From a virus (taxonomy: Duplodnaviria; Caudoviricetes), in IMG/VR virus record IMGVR_UViG_3300030098_003345, positions 1 through 60,122 of that record: a stretch of 60,122 bases of DNA, one strand, 5' to 3'. Of the stretch, positions 1 through 8,118 are shown piece by piece; position 1 is the first letter of the stretch, and each line of letters opens with the position of its first letter. The notes below the pieces were generated by a model. That model was not told where the DNA came from. It made no database searches and was given only the letters and a program-made list of their open reading frames with translations. Made by a program: the position numbers and the translations under genes.

Positions 1-100
1 ATCCATTTCAACTCTCCAATATTATTTCATTTGGAGTGCTTAGTTTGATAGTATATGTGATGTGTGCAATCCTACTCGGTTTATGGAAAGAATCCTTTAG
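1..100. repeat. Terminal direct repeat (copy 1), probably assembly overlap of a circular or permuted genome
   Basis: nt 1-100 match 60023-60122 except at 99/60121 (a vs c). Confidence 0.95.
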
Positions 101-113
101 AGGGTAATTTCCG

Positions 114-155
114 ATGGTGGGAGAGGGGTTTGTGGTAATCCCCTCTACCCATCAT
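114..155 (+). other. Long intergenic stem-loop (processing site or terminator)
   Basis: ATGGTGGG-AGAGGGGTT...AATCCCCTCT-ACCCATCAT arms pair with one G.U and small bulges; no strong U-tract. Confidence 0.55.
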
Positions 156-191
156 TATTAATAATGTACCACAACTTTTAAATCAAACACA

Positions 192-479
192 ATGATAACT
201 TACACGACAGGTTTACGAATCAATCAACAGGCAATCAAAAGAAAAGCAAGGAAACAAAGCCGCATTCCCAATGGTTTAATTTGGGTGGTAATCTTTGTGG
301 TGCTTACATCGTTCAGCACTATCCAATCCTACAAGCTAAACGAGGCAATCAATACATTGGAGGACATCCACGAATGGGTGCAGTACGATGCATCTAATGG
401 GCTTGTAGACACAACTATTGCCGAGACATATATCTACAACTTAGAATCAACTATTGCTAACCTTAAAACAATCAACTAA
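192..479 (+). CDS. Hypothetical early protein with one TM segment
   Basis: ORF track; hydrophobic GLIWVVIFVVLTSF; TAAATCAAACACA leader. Confidence 0.75.
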   Translation: MITYTTGLRINQQAIKRKARKQSRIPNGLIWVVIFVVLTSFSTIQSYKLNEAINTLEDIHEWVQYDASNGLVDTTIAETYIYNLESTIANLKTIN

Positions 480-745
480 TGAAAACAAATATGAAGCAAT
501 TTATTAATGAAGTTTATCAACAAACCGATGCATCCGATGTATGGTCAGATTCCGAGAACGGAAAGAAGTACATTGTGGTGGAAATGGAAGGTATGAACCG
601 GAAAACAGAAAAGCAACTCAGAGCAATCGTTGAACCATTGTCATTGATACACAACTTTAAATACGTAGCTAACTACCACGTAGCACAAAAGTTAGGAATA
701 GAGGACGCATACGCAGACGATGCACTATTAATATATGTAGGATAA
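479..745 (+). CDS. Hypothetical early protein
   Basis: TAATG stop/start overlap with the previous ORF. Confidence 0.75.
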   Translation: MKTNMKQFINEVYQQTDASDVWSDSENGKKYIVVEMEGMNRKTEKQLRAIVEPLSLIHNFKYVANYHVAQKLGIEDAYADDALLIYVG

Positions 746-766
746 TAACAACTAAAACCAACTAAG

Positions 767-961
767 ATGAAAGAAAAAAAACACTACTTTAAGGTGCGAT
801 ATGCAACCAAGTTTATTGAAATTGTTCTTGCCCATTCTAAATGGGAAGCAATTGAGAAAGTTTATAGCAAAAATATAGACCGATACAAATGGATTCAGAG
901 GTCTAAATTTACTGCCGTTAGAGATTATAACGGCAACCCTAAGTACGAATACTTTTTATAA
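767..961 (+). CDS. Hypothetical early protein
   Basis: ORF track; operon context. Confidence 0.7.
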   Translation: MKEKKHYFKVRYATKFIEIVLAHSKWEAIEKVYSKNIDRYKWIQRSKFTAVRDYNGNPKYEYFL

Positions 962-967
962 AAACGG

Positions 968-1000
968 ATTAGGATATGTCGAATATTTGTCGTATCTTTG
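968..1000 (+). promoter_or_regulatory. Bacteroidota sigmaA-type promoter
   Basis: TATCTTTG at 993-1000 matches the TAnnTTTG -7 consensus; intergenic position. Confidence 0.7.
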
Positions 1001-1026
1001 TTCAAATCAAACATTAATCGAGGTCT

Positions 1027-1042
1027 GTGTCTTCAAAGACAC
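1027..1042 (+). repeat. Dispersed 16-bp palindrome GTGTCTTCAAAGACAC
   Basis: Exact motif, starting 36 nt upstream of ATG 1063. Confidence 0.95.
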
Positions 1043-1062
1043 TCCTCACAACATCAACCATT

Positions 1063-2166
1063 ATGTGTATAATTATTATCAAACAAAAAAACCAAGTAAT
1101 GCCACGAGAGGTGGCAAAAAATTCAGCCCGAATAAATCCTCACGGATTGGGTATAGTATGGCTCGATACATTCGAAGTCACATATCACAAGTCAAGTGAC
1201 TACAAGGTCATTATAACCGACAGACCATTCATTGCTCATTTTAGATATGCCACGATTGGCGAAATCAGCAAAGCGAACACGCATCCATTTGTATGCGGTA
1301 AGAATAAGGATGAACTACTAATGATGAACGGAACTATCAATGGATACGGAAATTTCAAAATGACCGATACTGAGGATTTAGCAATCCAACTTGGTTCAAC
1401 TCCGAGACACTCGTGGAAGCAACAACTTGCTTCATTTGATGCACGATTTGTTTCGGTCAATCTACGTCACAGGTCTTTCCAAATTTACAACAGACATTTA
1501 TATACCTACAAAGATGGGATTTGGTATTCTAAATCCAATGTACTCCAAGACAATGTGATTGCGGTCTATGGTACCTTGAAAAAGGGATTTGGAAACTACT
1601 ATGGATTCCTCACGAATGCCAAGCATATTGGCAAAGGCAAAACTCAAGACCAATATCCATTGGTTGTAAACGGATTGCCCTACCTATTAGACAAGAAAGG
1701 TAAAGGCAACAATGTGGTGGTAGATGTGTTCAAGGTATCGGACAAGCAACTTGCACAAATAGACCGATTGGAGTCACATCCACATTGGTATATCCGTAAG
1801 CAAATTCCGGTAGTGGTAAATGGGAAATCCATCTTATGTTGGACATACTTTAACCAAGATGGAGAGAACTATTGGAACGGACACAATCACGTAGAATCCT
1901 ATGAGCATCAACCCAAGTGGAGACCATCTACGTTTTCTTTCCCCAAGTTAGAAGAAGTAGAGACAGAGGTGGACACTCACGATTGCACTCAAATAGATTT
2001 GTTTGAGGATGATATTGAGGAAGAATTTAAGTCAACGCTTGAATCTCCTATATGCAAAGATACTGAATGCAATAATGATTTGGTGTTTGATGGGTTTAAT
2101 CAATTCTATTGTAGTGGATGCAACAGGTGGTATGCCGAAAACGATGTACTATCAATGGGGTGTTAA
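1063..2166 (+). CDS. Class II (Ntn) glutamine amidotransferase fused to a gamma-glutamylcyclotransferase (AIG2-like) domain and a C-terminal Zn ribbon
   Basis: Start at 1063 gives the N-terminal Met-Cys; NPHGLG, HFRYAT, NTHPF and NG motifs; AVYGTLKKG and IDRLE GGCT motifs; CxxxxC..CxxC at the C-terminus. Confidence 0.85.
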   Translation: MCIIIIKQKNQVMPREVAKNSARINPHGLGIVWLDTFEVTYHKSSDYKVIITDRPFIAHFRYATIGEISKANTHPFVCGKNKDELLMMNGTINGYGNFKMTDTEDLAIQLGSTPRHSWKQQLASFDARFVSVNLRHRSFQIYNRHLYTYKDGIWYSKSNVLQDNVIAVYGTLKKGFGNYYGFLTNAKHIGKGKTQDQYPLVVNGLPYLLDKKGKGNNVVVDVFKVSDKQLAQIDRLESHPHWYIRKQIPVVVNGKSILCWTYFNQDGENYWNGHNHVESYEHQPKWRPSTFSFPKLEEVETEVDTHDCTQIDLFEDDIEEEFKSTLESPICKDTECNNDLVFDGFNQFYCSGCNRWYAENDVLSMGC

Positions 2167-2175
2167 ACCGCAGTA

Positions 2176-2204
2176 AGGGTTTGTGTCTTCAAAGACACAA
2201 CCCT
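2176..2204 (+). repeat. 16-bp palindrome (2183-2198) inside an extended hairpin directly before hammerhead 1
   Basis: AGGGTTTGTGTCT-TCAA-AGACACAACCCT. Confidence 0.9.
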
Positions 2205-2254
2205 CTGTCTATCGGTGTGTGCCGATACTGATGAAGCCAAAAGGCAGAAACAGA
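2204..2254 (+). ncRNA. Type III hammerhead ribozyme, copy 1 (predicted cut after C2209)
   Basis: TCTG-TC | stem I TATCGG-TGTGTG-CCGATA | CTGATGA | A-GCC-AAAA-GGC-A | GAAA | CAGA. Confidence 0.85.
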
Positions 2255-2273
2255 AACCTTTAAATCCAATATA

Positions 2274-2426
2274 ATGAAAGCAAAAGTATATTTAACCAAA
2301 GAGGAACTAAGAGCTATTTCATCTAAGATTATTAATTCCACAAGTGATGAAATCCTTGATGATAATACTAAAGTAATAACCCAAGCTTGGGGGAAAATCT
2401 TTAACGCAATAAAAGAGCTAAGTTAA
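2274..2426 (+). CDS. Small hypothetical protein (50 aa)
   Basis: Hand translation MKAKVYLTKEELRAISSKII...IKELS; fills the gap after the ribozyme. Confidence 0.6.
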   Translation: MKAKVYLTKEELRAISSKIINSTSDEILDDNTKVITQAWGKIFNAIKELS

Positions 2427-2460
2427 AGACCAACAATTATTAACCTTTAAATCAAAGACA

Positions 2461-2961
2461 ATGAAAATTCAAATACGCAAATACAGAAAGGGATACCGAT
2501 TAACGCAGGGCAAGTTTATTAGTACATCTTCGCTTTATTACAAGGGATTTCCCTGTAGTGGAATAGTGTTAATGGGGATAGGCAGATTCCTACTTACTAT
2601 TCAACCAAAACCTAATCCCTATCGCACCCGCAGATTTTTTAAACGACAACTCCCGCAATTCATAAAAAGGCATAGCCGGATATTCAAGCTATGGGTACGA
2701 GAAGTGGTTTTAAGAAAGCCAATCTACTTTGAGTATTTCAGTCGTGACTGTGACTGTGTAGAAGTAAGTGGATACGGTGTAGCCAAAGACCGCAAGGATT
2801 TTGCGGAGAGTCAACAAGCAATGTGGGAGAATGCGGAAGGAACTTGCTATATGATACGATGCAGTAAGTCAGACTATATGCGTTATGGAGGACAAGAGCA
2901 AACAAGAGACAGGGTTATGGAGGCATACGAAAACGGAAGAGGAACTTGCGTAAACATTTAA
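2461..2961 (+). CDS. Hypothetical early protein
   Basis: ORF track; TAAATCAAA leader. Confidence 0.7.
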   Translation: MKIQIRKYRKGYRLTQGKFISTSSLYYKGFPCSGIVLMGIGRFLLTIQPKPNPYRTRRFFKRQLPQFIKRHSRIFKLWVREVVLRKPIYFEYFSRDCDCVEVSGYGVAKDRKDFAESQQAMWENAEGTCYMIRCSKSDYMRYGGQEQTRDRVMEAYENGRGTCVNI

Positions 2962-2984
2962 TATTAACAACTAAATCAAACACT

Positions 2985-3230
2985 ATGAGAACAATACAAA
3001 TAGAGATGGCAATAGGAGAAAGCGAAAACCTAAGAACATTAGACGTAGTTGTAGATGGGGATTCTTACAACTTTGAGATTTACGAATTACACTTTGGTAG
3101 ATTCGATATCAGCAAGTGGCTTGACAATCAGTCAGTCCACAATGATGTACGAGACGAAGTTATCAATGTCTTTATAGGCAACGAAGATTACAGAGCAGAG
3201 CAACAATTTGAACTCGAAAGAGGCAATTAA
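2985..3230 (+). CDS. Hypothetical early protein
   Basis: Start revised to ATG 2985 after TAAATCAAACACT. Confidence 0.7.
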   Translation: MRTIQIEMAIGESENLRTLDVVVDGDSYNFEIYELHFGRFDISKWLDNQSVHNDVRDEVINVFIGNEDYRAEQQFELERGN

Positions 3231-3243
3231 ATTTAATCCGGTA

Positions 3244-3259
3244 GTGTCTTCAAAGACAC
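3244..3259 (+). repeat. 16-bp palindrome GTGTCTTCAAAGACAC
   Basis: Exact; intergenic, starting 35 nt before ATG 3279. Confidence 0.95.
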
Positions 3260-3278
3260 CGCCACAAAACTAAATAAA

Positions 3279-3536
3279 ATGGAAACAACAGAAAACACAT
3301 TAGATTTAAAAGAAGTATCAACCGAAGATTTAAGACAGGAATTAGAACTGCGAGGATATCAAATGGATAACCTGTGGCAATCGGCTGATGTAATGGATAT
3401 CTATGACTGCGACTCAGAAGTGGCAATGAAGATATTAATAAAAGCATTAAATAATAACGCAACTATGGAACAAATATGGTTATCCATAGAAAGTGAAGCA
3501 GAACACAAAGGATTAATAAACTCAAAACTTAAATAA
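3279..3536 (+). CDS. Hypothetical early protein
   Basis: ORF track; CCACAAAACTAAATAAAATG leader. Confidence 0.75.
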   Translation: METTENTLDLKEVSTEDLRQELELRGYQMDNLWQSADVMDIYDCDSEVAMKILIKALNNNATMEQIWLSIESEAEHKGLINSKLK

Positions 3537-3537
3537 A

Positions 3538-3690
3538 ATGGAAAATATAAATATCAATATAACAGAGAATGAAATCCAAACATTACTTGATGAATCTTCA
3601 ACAGGCGAATTTCACGAAGTTTTTGAATGGGATTTTACATCGGACAAAGGAAATAAAATTAATGTAATAATATCGGTAAACGATGAATAA
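3538..3690 (+). CDS. Small acidic hypothetical protein (50 aa)
   Basis: Hand translation MENININITENEIQTLLDES...SVNDE; TAAATAAAATG leader. Confidence 0.6.
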   Translation: MENININITENEIQTLLDESSTGEFHEVFEWDFTSDKGNKINVIISVNDE

Positions 3691-3707
3691 CCACAAAACT
3701 AAATAAA

Positions 3708-3851
3708 ATGGATGCAAAAGAATTTCTAAAACACTTATTAAAGGAGCAAAGTGACGAAATAAAAAGAAGACAAAGGGGAATGGATATCATTCTTAGCTCT
3801 CTCAAAGATGAAAAAAAACTATCAAAAAATGACACTAATATCAAAAATTGA
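3708..3851 (+). CDS. Small hypothetical protein (47 aa)
   Basis: Hand translation MDAKEFLKHLLKEQSDEIKRRQRG...; leader identical to that of 3279. Confidence 0.6.
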   Translation: MDAKEFLKHLLKEQSDEIKRRQRGMDIILSSLKDEKKLSKNDTNIKN

Positions 3852-3858
3852 CACTAAA

Positions 3859-4014
3859 ATGAAACGAACACTTAAAGGTAGATTGGCAGAAATCCTATAT
3901 GAATATGGGTATATAGTCAAAGACGAAGTCAATGGAGACATTGGTTCCGAACAAGCAGAAATCAAAAAGGAAGTAATAATAAATAAAATTTTAACCCTAA
4001 TTGAAACTAAATAA
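3859..4014 (+). CDS. Small hypothetical protein
   Basis: Internal ATG (MKRTLKGRLAE) of ORF 3808..4014. Confidence 0.55.
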   Translation: MKRTLKGRLAEILYEYGYIVKDEVNGDIGSEQAEIKKEVIINKILTLIETK

Positions 4015-4079
4015 AAACGATGAAGAAGTATAAAAAATATTAACAAGGGGGTTAAACACCCCCCATAATACCAACAACT

Positions 4080-4271
4080 ATGACAACAATGAACTTACAC
4101 AAATTAATTGAAATAAGGATGATTAGCCTACAAGGCGAGGAATACGAAGTACACATAGATGCAACTGAACAAAGATTTATATTCGATGTATTTAGTGCCA
4201 ATCCATATAAGAAGGTAACAGATGAAATTAGGGGTATCCTTGATAAAAAAGTAAAGCAAATAGATAATTAA
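4080..4271 (+). CDS. Hypothetical early protein
   Basis: ORF track. Confidence 0.65.
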   Translation: MTTMNLHKLIEIRMISLQGEEYEVHIDATEQRFIFDVFSANPYKKVTDEIRGILDKKVKQIDN

Positions 4272-4282
4272 AACTAAATAAA

Positions 4283-4600
4283 ATGGAAAATGTAATTATA
4301 ACAGACGAAAACTTTATATGGTTAGACATAACATCGAAAGTAGGATGCGGGGTAAAAGCAATACAAGACATATGGCTAAACCATTCTATCTATGCCCTGC
4401 ACGAAGATGGAACACAAACCTTACTTGAATATAACGAGGAAATAGACGAGGCAATTAGCTTGGGATTGAAGATAGGAATGGAAGTAGGTTATTTACCCAA
4501 ACCCAAAAGTGTCTTCAAAGACACTTGGTTTAAGGATGCCGATAAGATTTTAAAAGATGGATATTGGTATGCGAAAATAAACGATATAAAGCTTGGATAG
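4283..4600 (+). CDS. Hypothetical early protein
   Basis: ORF track; AAAACTAAATAAAATG leader. Confidence 0.75.
   Translation: MENVIITDENFIWLDITSKVGCGVKAIQDIWLNHSIYALHEDGTQTLLEYNEEIDEAISLGLKIGMEVGYLPKPKSVFKDTWFKDADKILKDGYWYAKINDIKLG
4509..4524 (+). repeat. 16-bp palindrome inside a CDS
   Basis: GTGTCTTCAAAGACAC, read as SVFKDT. Confidence 0.95.
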
Positions 4601-4647
4601 TAACAAGGAATGTACTATCTTTATACAAACATTAAACACTAAATGTT

Positions 4648-4896
4648 ATGGCAACTATTATAAAATCAGACGGAACTCACATTGAAAACTACAATCACTC
4701 AGGTCTAAAAGCCAAGCAAGATGCAGTTGGTGGGTACATAGAACCTGTTTACACGCAGAAATGGGTAGTGCTTGTAAATGAGGAAGGATTATTAAAAAAC
4801 TTACCCCCTAATATAGAAGTATCGAAGATGGTAGGAACTCCTATTGTTGGGGATGCTCTTGTATTAACTCACGCAGAATGGAATGCACAAAATTAA
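4648..4896 (+). CDS. DUF3846-like protein
   Basis: QDAVGGYIE..VLVNEEGLLKNLPPN..IVGDALV pattern. Confidence 0.65.
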   Translation: MATIIKSDGTHIENYNHSGLKAKQDAVGGYIEPVYTQKWVVLVNEEGLLKNLPPNIEVSKMVGTPIVGDALVLTHAEWNAQN

Positions 4897-4902
4897 ATCA
4901 CA

Positions 4903-5316
4903 ATGAAAAAAGATAAAGTCAAAAAAGAAATATCAACTCCCCTTAAAAACAACGATGGAATGGTGGCTTCACACATAAAACCATTATTTATGTGGGGAAC
5001 GGCTAATTTAGAGGCAAAGCTAATGGAGAAACTTGTTTTATTAGGGATACTCCACATTCGGGCATTTGGTACGGGAAAGGATTTACTAATGGGGAAAGAT
5101 TATTCCAACATTATAGACCAACCACATATAAAGCTAATTGTCAGTTATGAACAAGAATGCGAAGATATGTTTAAGGTTTTAGAGAGAAGCGGGAAAGCCA
5201 CCTACCTAAAGGAAGACGATGAACAAAATTATGAGAATGATATTTATGCTCATAGTAATATTTATGGTAGATGGAGATTTGACCGAGAGGCAAAGAAAAG
5301 AAAGAATCAAGAATAA
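4903..5316 (+). CDS. Hypothetical protein
   Basis: ORF track. Confidence 0.7.
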   Translation: MKKDKVKKEISTPLKNNDGMVASHIKPLFMWGTANLEAKLMEKLVLLGILHIRAFGTGKDLLMGKDYSNIIDQPHIKLIVSYEQECEDMFKVLERSGKATYLKEDDEQNYENDIYAHSNIYGRWRFDREAKKRKNQE

Positions 5317-5434
5317 CCAAAAGCGTCAAGCGTTCAACTACTGCAAGTAGGGAGTAATCGTGGCATACGTTCAAATGTCTATAGGTGCGAATCCGTAAAA
5401 CTGAATATTTTTTATTAACTAATAACTTATAACA

Positions 5435-5785
5435 ATGAAATCAATTTATCTCAAAGAGGCAAACTCTGAAAAATTACGACACAAACCTGATAGAGGATAC
5501 ATCACACGGATGCATCACTATGCAGACAAGCAAAACCCATTTACATTAAGTGTCTTTAAAGACACAGGCAGATTAACACCTGTCAAACTATATCAAACTC
5601 ATTATCCGGATGTTGAATTGCATACGGAGTGTACAGGAGTAATGGTATATATCGGTGGAGCTTATATTGAATTGATGAAAAGTGGCAGATGGATTCTTCA
5701 TTTAGGCGGAGAACACATCGAATCAAAAGATATAAACTCCTTAGAAAAAAAATTATTTGATTGGCTCAAAGGCGAATTAAAATAA
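5435..5785 (+). CDS. Hypothetical protein
   Basis: ORF track. Confidence 0.7.
   Translation: MKSIYLKEANSEKLRHKPDRGYITRMHHYADKQNPFTLSVFKDTGRLTPVKLYQTHYPDVELHTECTGVMVYIGGAYIELMKSGRWILHLGGEHIESKDINSLEKKLFDWLKGELK
5550..5565. repeat. 16-bp perfect palindrome inside a CDS
   Basis: GTGTCTTTAAAGACAC. Confidence 0.95.
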
Positions 5786-5846
5786 TAAAAATTTGGACAA
5801 ATAATAAACATTGTGTATATTTACACGCTAATTTAAATCAAATCAA

Positions 5847-6035
5847 ATGTCAAAATCACAACGACTCTTTACGGAAGTAAGAGAGGCACAACAAGATGAT
5901 TATGGAGAAGAACTTTATAATCAATGGGTGCATCATTTAGATGCACAACCAAATCAGAAGTCAAATCAAGCAATGGATATTTTAAACGAAGTTTTTGAAT
6001 CGTTTAGTGATACCTGTGGCTACAAAAAAAAGTAA
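5847..6035 (+). CDS. Hypothetical protein
   Basis: ORF track; promoter-like TTTGG...TATATTTA at 5792-5823. Confidence 0.65.
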   Translation: MSKSQRLFTEVREAQQDDYGEELYNQWVHHLDAQPNQKSNQAMDILNEVFESFSDTCGYKKK

Positions 6036-6036
6036 G

Positions 6037-6324
6037 ATGAAAAAAGGAATATTTGATAGTTATGTAAGCAAGGTGGTAACCTTGTTTGCTATTACAAAAG
6101 AAGAGCTATTTGCGAAATCAAAGCGTAGGGATTTAGTAGATGCCCGACATCTACTATATTATTTATGCTATCATCGACCTATGCAAATAAGGTATATCCA
6201 AAACTATATGGCGGAAAATGGATATACGGTTGGACATTCTTCTATTATACACGGAATTAATCAAGTGTCGGACAAAACAACGGAAGACAAAGATTATGAA
6301 AATGTATGTCAAAGTTTAACGTAG
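6037..6324 (+). CDS. DnaA domain IV-like (C-terminal HTH) DNA-binding protein
   Basis: KRRDLVDARHLLYYLC...GHSSIIHGINQV resembles the DnaA C-terminal R.r.iv.aRqiamYl...dHtTvihg pattern; start revised to 6037. Confidence 0.7.
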   Translation: MKKGIFDSYVSKVVTLFAITKEELFAKSKRRDLVDARHLLYYLCYHRPMQIRYIQNYMAENGYTVGHSSIIHGINQVSDKTTEDKDYENVCQSLT

Positions 6325-6325
6325 G

Positions 6326-6760
6326 ATGTACACATTGGAAGATATAATGCAACAAGCAATAGATGATGCCTATTCTACCAATGTTGATAATAATAAAATC
6401 ATATCACGTTTACTCTATGGATGTAAAATATCCAAAGACCTTTTGACCAATAAAATAGAAATACTTAATACTGCGAAAGGTGGAGATTGGTATTGCAAAC
6501 TAACCCAATCAGAATTAAATTATTTCTTTGAAGAAGGGTGGAGAATAGGGGTGTATGAATTAGCATTATCTAATTATCGTAGAAAACTTGATAAGGTAGA
6601 ACGGCTAATAAAAGAAGAAATTAATGGAAGAAGAAACCCAAAACAGATTCTTTCATTAAAAGCATCCCGTGAGAATATAATGAATCGGTATGCTAAAATT
6701 AAAAAGAAGTTTAATCAAACTAAATCAAAACACAATGACAACGCAATTAAAAACAATTAA
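6326..6760 (+). CDS. Hypothetical protein
   Basis: ORF track. Confidence 0.75.
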   Translation: MYTLEDIMQQAIDDAYSTNVDNNKIISRLLYGCKISKDLLTNKIEILNTAKGGDWYCKLTQSELNYFFEEGWRIGVYELALSNYRRKLDKVERLIKEEINGRRNPKQILSLKASRENIMNRYAKIKKKFNQTKSKHNDNAIKNN

Positions 6761-7283
6761 AATTAAAGGAAAGGAATATGTAGAAGTTAATGAAAGACTT
6801 ATGTATTTCCGTGAACACTATCCTAATTATTCTCTTACCTCAGAGGTAATTGAAAAGACAGACAATTCTATTTTAATCCTTGCATCTATTATGGATGAAC
6901 AGGGAAGAGTGGTCGCTAATGGATTAGCAGAAGAGGAGAAAGGTTCTACATTTATTAATAAAACATCTTATGTTGAAAACTGCGAAACAAGTGCGTGGGG
7001 TAGATGCCTTGCAAACTTTGGTATCGGCTTAAAAACATCCATAGCAAGTGCAGAGGAAGTGCAAAATGCTATATCCAATCAAGATAAAGTGTCTTCAAAG
7101 ACACCGGAAAAAAAATCTACTATTAATAAAATTAAATTAGAATTAGATTCGGACAATTGGGTAAGGGCATTAAAGTGGATAAGTGCCAACAAAGAAATGG
7201 GTTTAACTAAAATAGTACAAACCCTTCAACGCAAATATTCAGTCCCCAATGTAGTCAAGGCGGAAATCAAAAAAAACATATAA
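6735..7283 (+). CDS. Single-strand annealing (Sak/Rad52-like) recombination protein
   Basis: IKGKEYVEVNERL..INKTSYVENCETSAWGR..GIG; adjacent to exonuclease and SSB. Confidence 0.65.
   Translation: MTTQLKTIKIKGKEYVEVNERLMYFREHYPNYSLTSEVIEKTDNSILILASIMDEQGRVVANGLAEEEKGSTFINKTSYVENCETSAWGRCLANFGIGLKTSIASAEEVQNAISNQDKVSSKTPEKKSTINKIKLELDSDNWVRALKWISANKEMGLTKIVQTLQRKYSVPNVVKAEIKKNI
7089..7104 (+). repeat. 16-bp palindrome inside a CDS
   Basis: GTGTCTTCAAAGACAC, read as VSSKT. Confidence 0.95.
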
Positions 7284-7284
7284 G

Positions 7285-8019
7285 ATGATGAAAAAAATTA
7301 TAGAACAATTAAAGAATGATGATGAGTATTATAATGGGGTAGGTAGGCAATTTTTGTCTAATAGTGACATTGGTACCTTATTAAAAAATCCAAAGGAATT
7401 TGGAGAGAAAAGGAGGGATAGCAAAGAGTTTGCAATGGGAAGATACTTTCACCATTTATTTCTTGAACCCCACAAAGCGAAAGATGTAATACATATTGAC
7501 GTATCTTCAAGAGCAACTAAAAAATATAAAGAAGAACTCGCTGCGTCTCAAAAAGAAATCATTCTGTTAACTAAAGAAAAGGAAGAGGTGGAAAAATGGG
7601 CTGATGCAATGAGAACTAACTTTGACTTTCATAACTATATTTTTTGTGATAATAACAAATTTGAAGTACCCGCTATAACAGAATTAAGCGGTCATCTATG
7701 GAAAGGGAAGGCGGATATAGTGGGAAAGGATTTTTTGTTTGATTTAAAAACCACCTCAAACATTAATGATTTCCGGTGGAACTTTCGGAAATATAATTAT
7801 GATAGTCAAGCATATATCTATTCTGTTCTTTTTAAAAGACCTATGATGTTTCTTGTTATTGACAAAACAAGTCTAATGATGGGAGCTTACACCGTAAGTC
7901 AAGAAAGTTTAGACAAGGGTAAGGAGAAAGTGGAAAAAGCGGTTGAGATTTATCAAAAGTTTTTTGGAGAGAATCCTACCGAAGATATAAACCAATATTA
8001 TTTCTATGAAGAAATATAA
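7285..8019 (+). CDS. RecE/exonuclease VIII-like PD-(D/E)XK exonuclease
   Basis: LSNSDI, GRYFH, KGKADIV..DLKTT, YDSQAYIY motifs. Confidence 0.8.
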   Translation: MMKKIIEQLKNDDEYYNGVGRQFLSNSDIGTLLKNPKEFGEKRRDSKEFAMGRYFHHLFLEPHKAKDVIHIDVSSRATKKYKEELAASQKEIILLTKEKEEVEKWADAMRTNFDFHNYIFCDNNKFEVPAITELSGHLWKGKADIVGKDFLFDLKTTSNINDFRWNFRKYNYDSQAYIYSVLFKRPMMFLVIDKTSLMMGAYTVSQESLDKGKEKVEKAVEIYQKFFGENPTEDINQYYFYEEI

Positions 8020-8029
8020 AGATATATTA

Positions 8030-8045
8030 GTGTCTTCAAAGACAC
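8030..8045 (+). repeat. 16-bp palindrome, intergenic
   Basis: GTGTCTTCAAAGACAC. Confidence 0.95.
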
Positions 8046-8118
8046 CGGATATGAAAGTGGATACCTCAACCACTTATTAATTTTTTGGGGTACAAATTTT
8101 TAATAAATAAATTATATT

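Noticed and set aside
1-100. Terminal repeat as a biological direct terminal repeat
   Set aside because: It is a round 100 nt and cuts through a coding sequence, so assembly overlap is more likely
1027-1062. ORF-track starts at GTG 1027 (and 58696) giving MSSKT N-termini
   Set aside because: The GTG belongs to the palindrome. ATG 1063 exposes the catalytic Cys required by class II GATases, and 58732 has the matching A-rich leader
5340-5405. tRNA gene
   Set aside because: A T-arm-like sequence is present, but no acceptor, D or anticodon stems could be built
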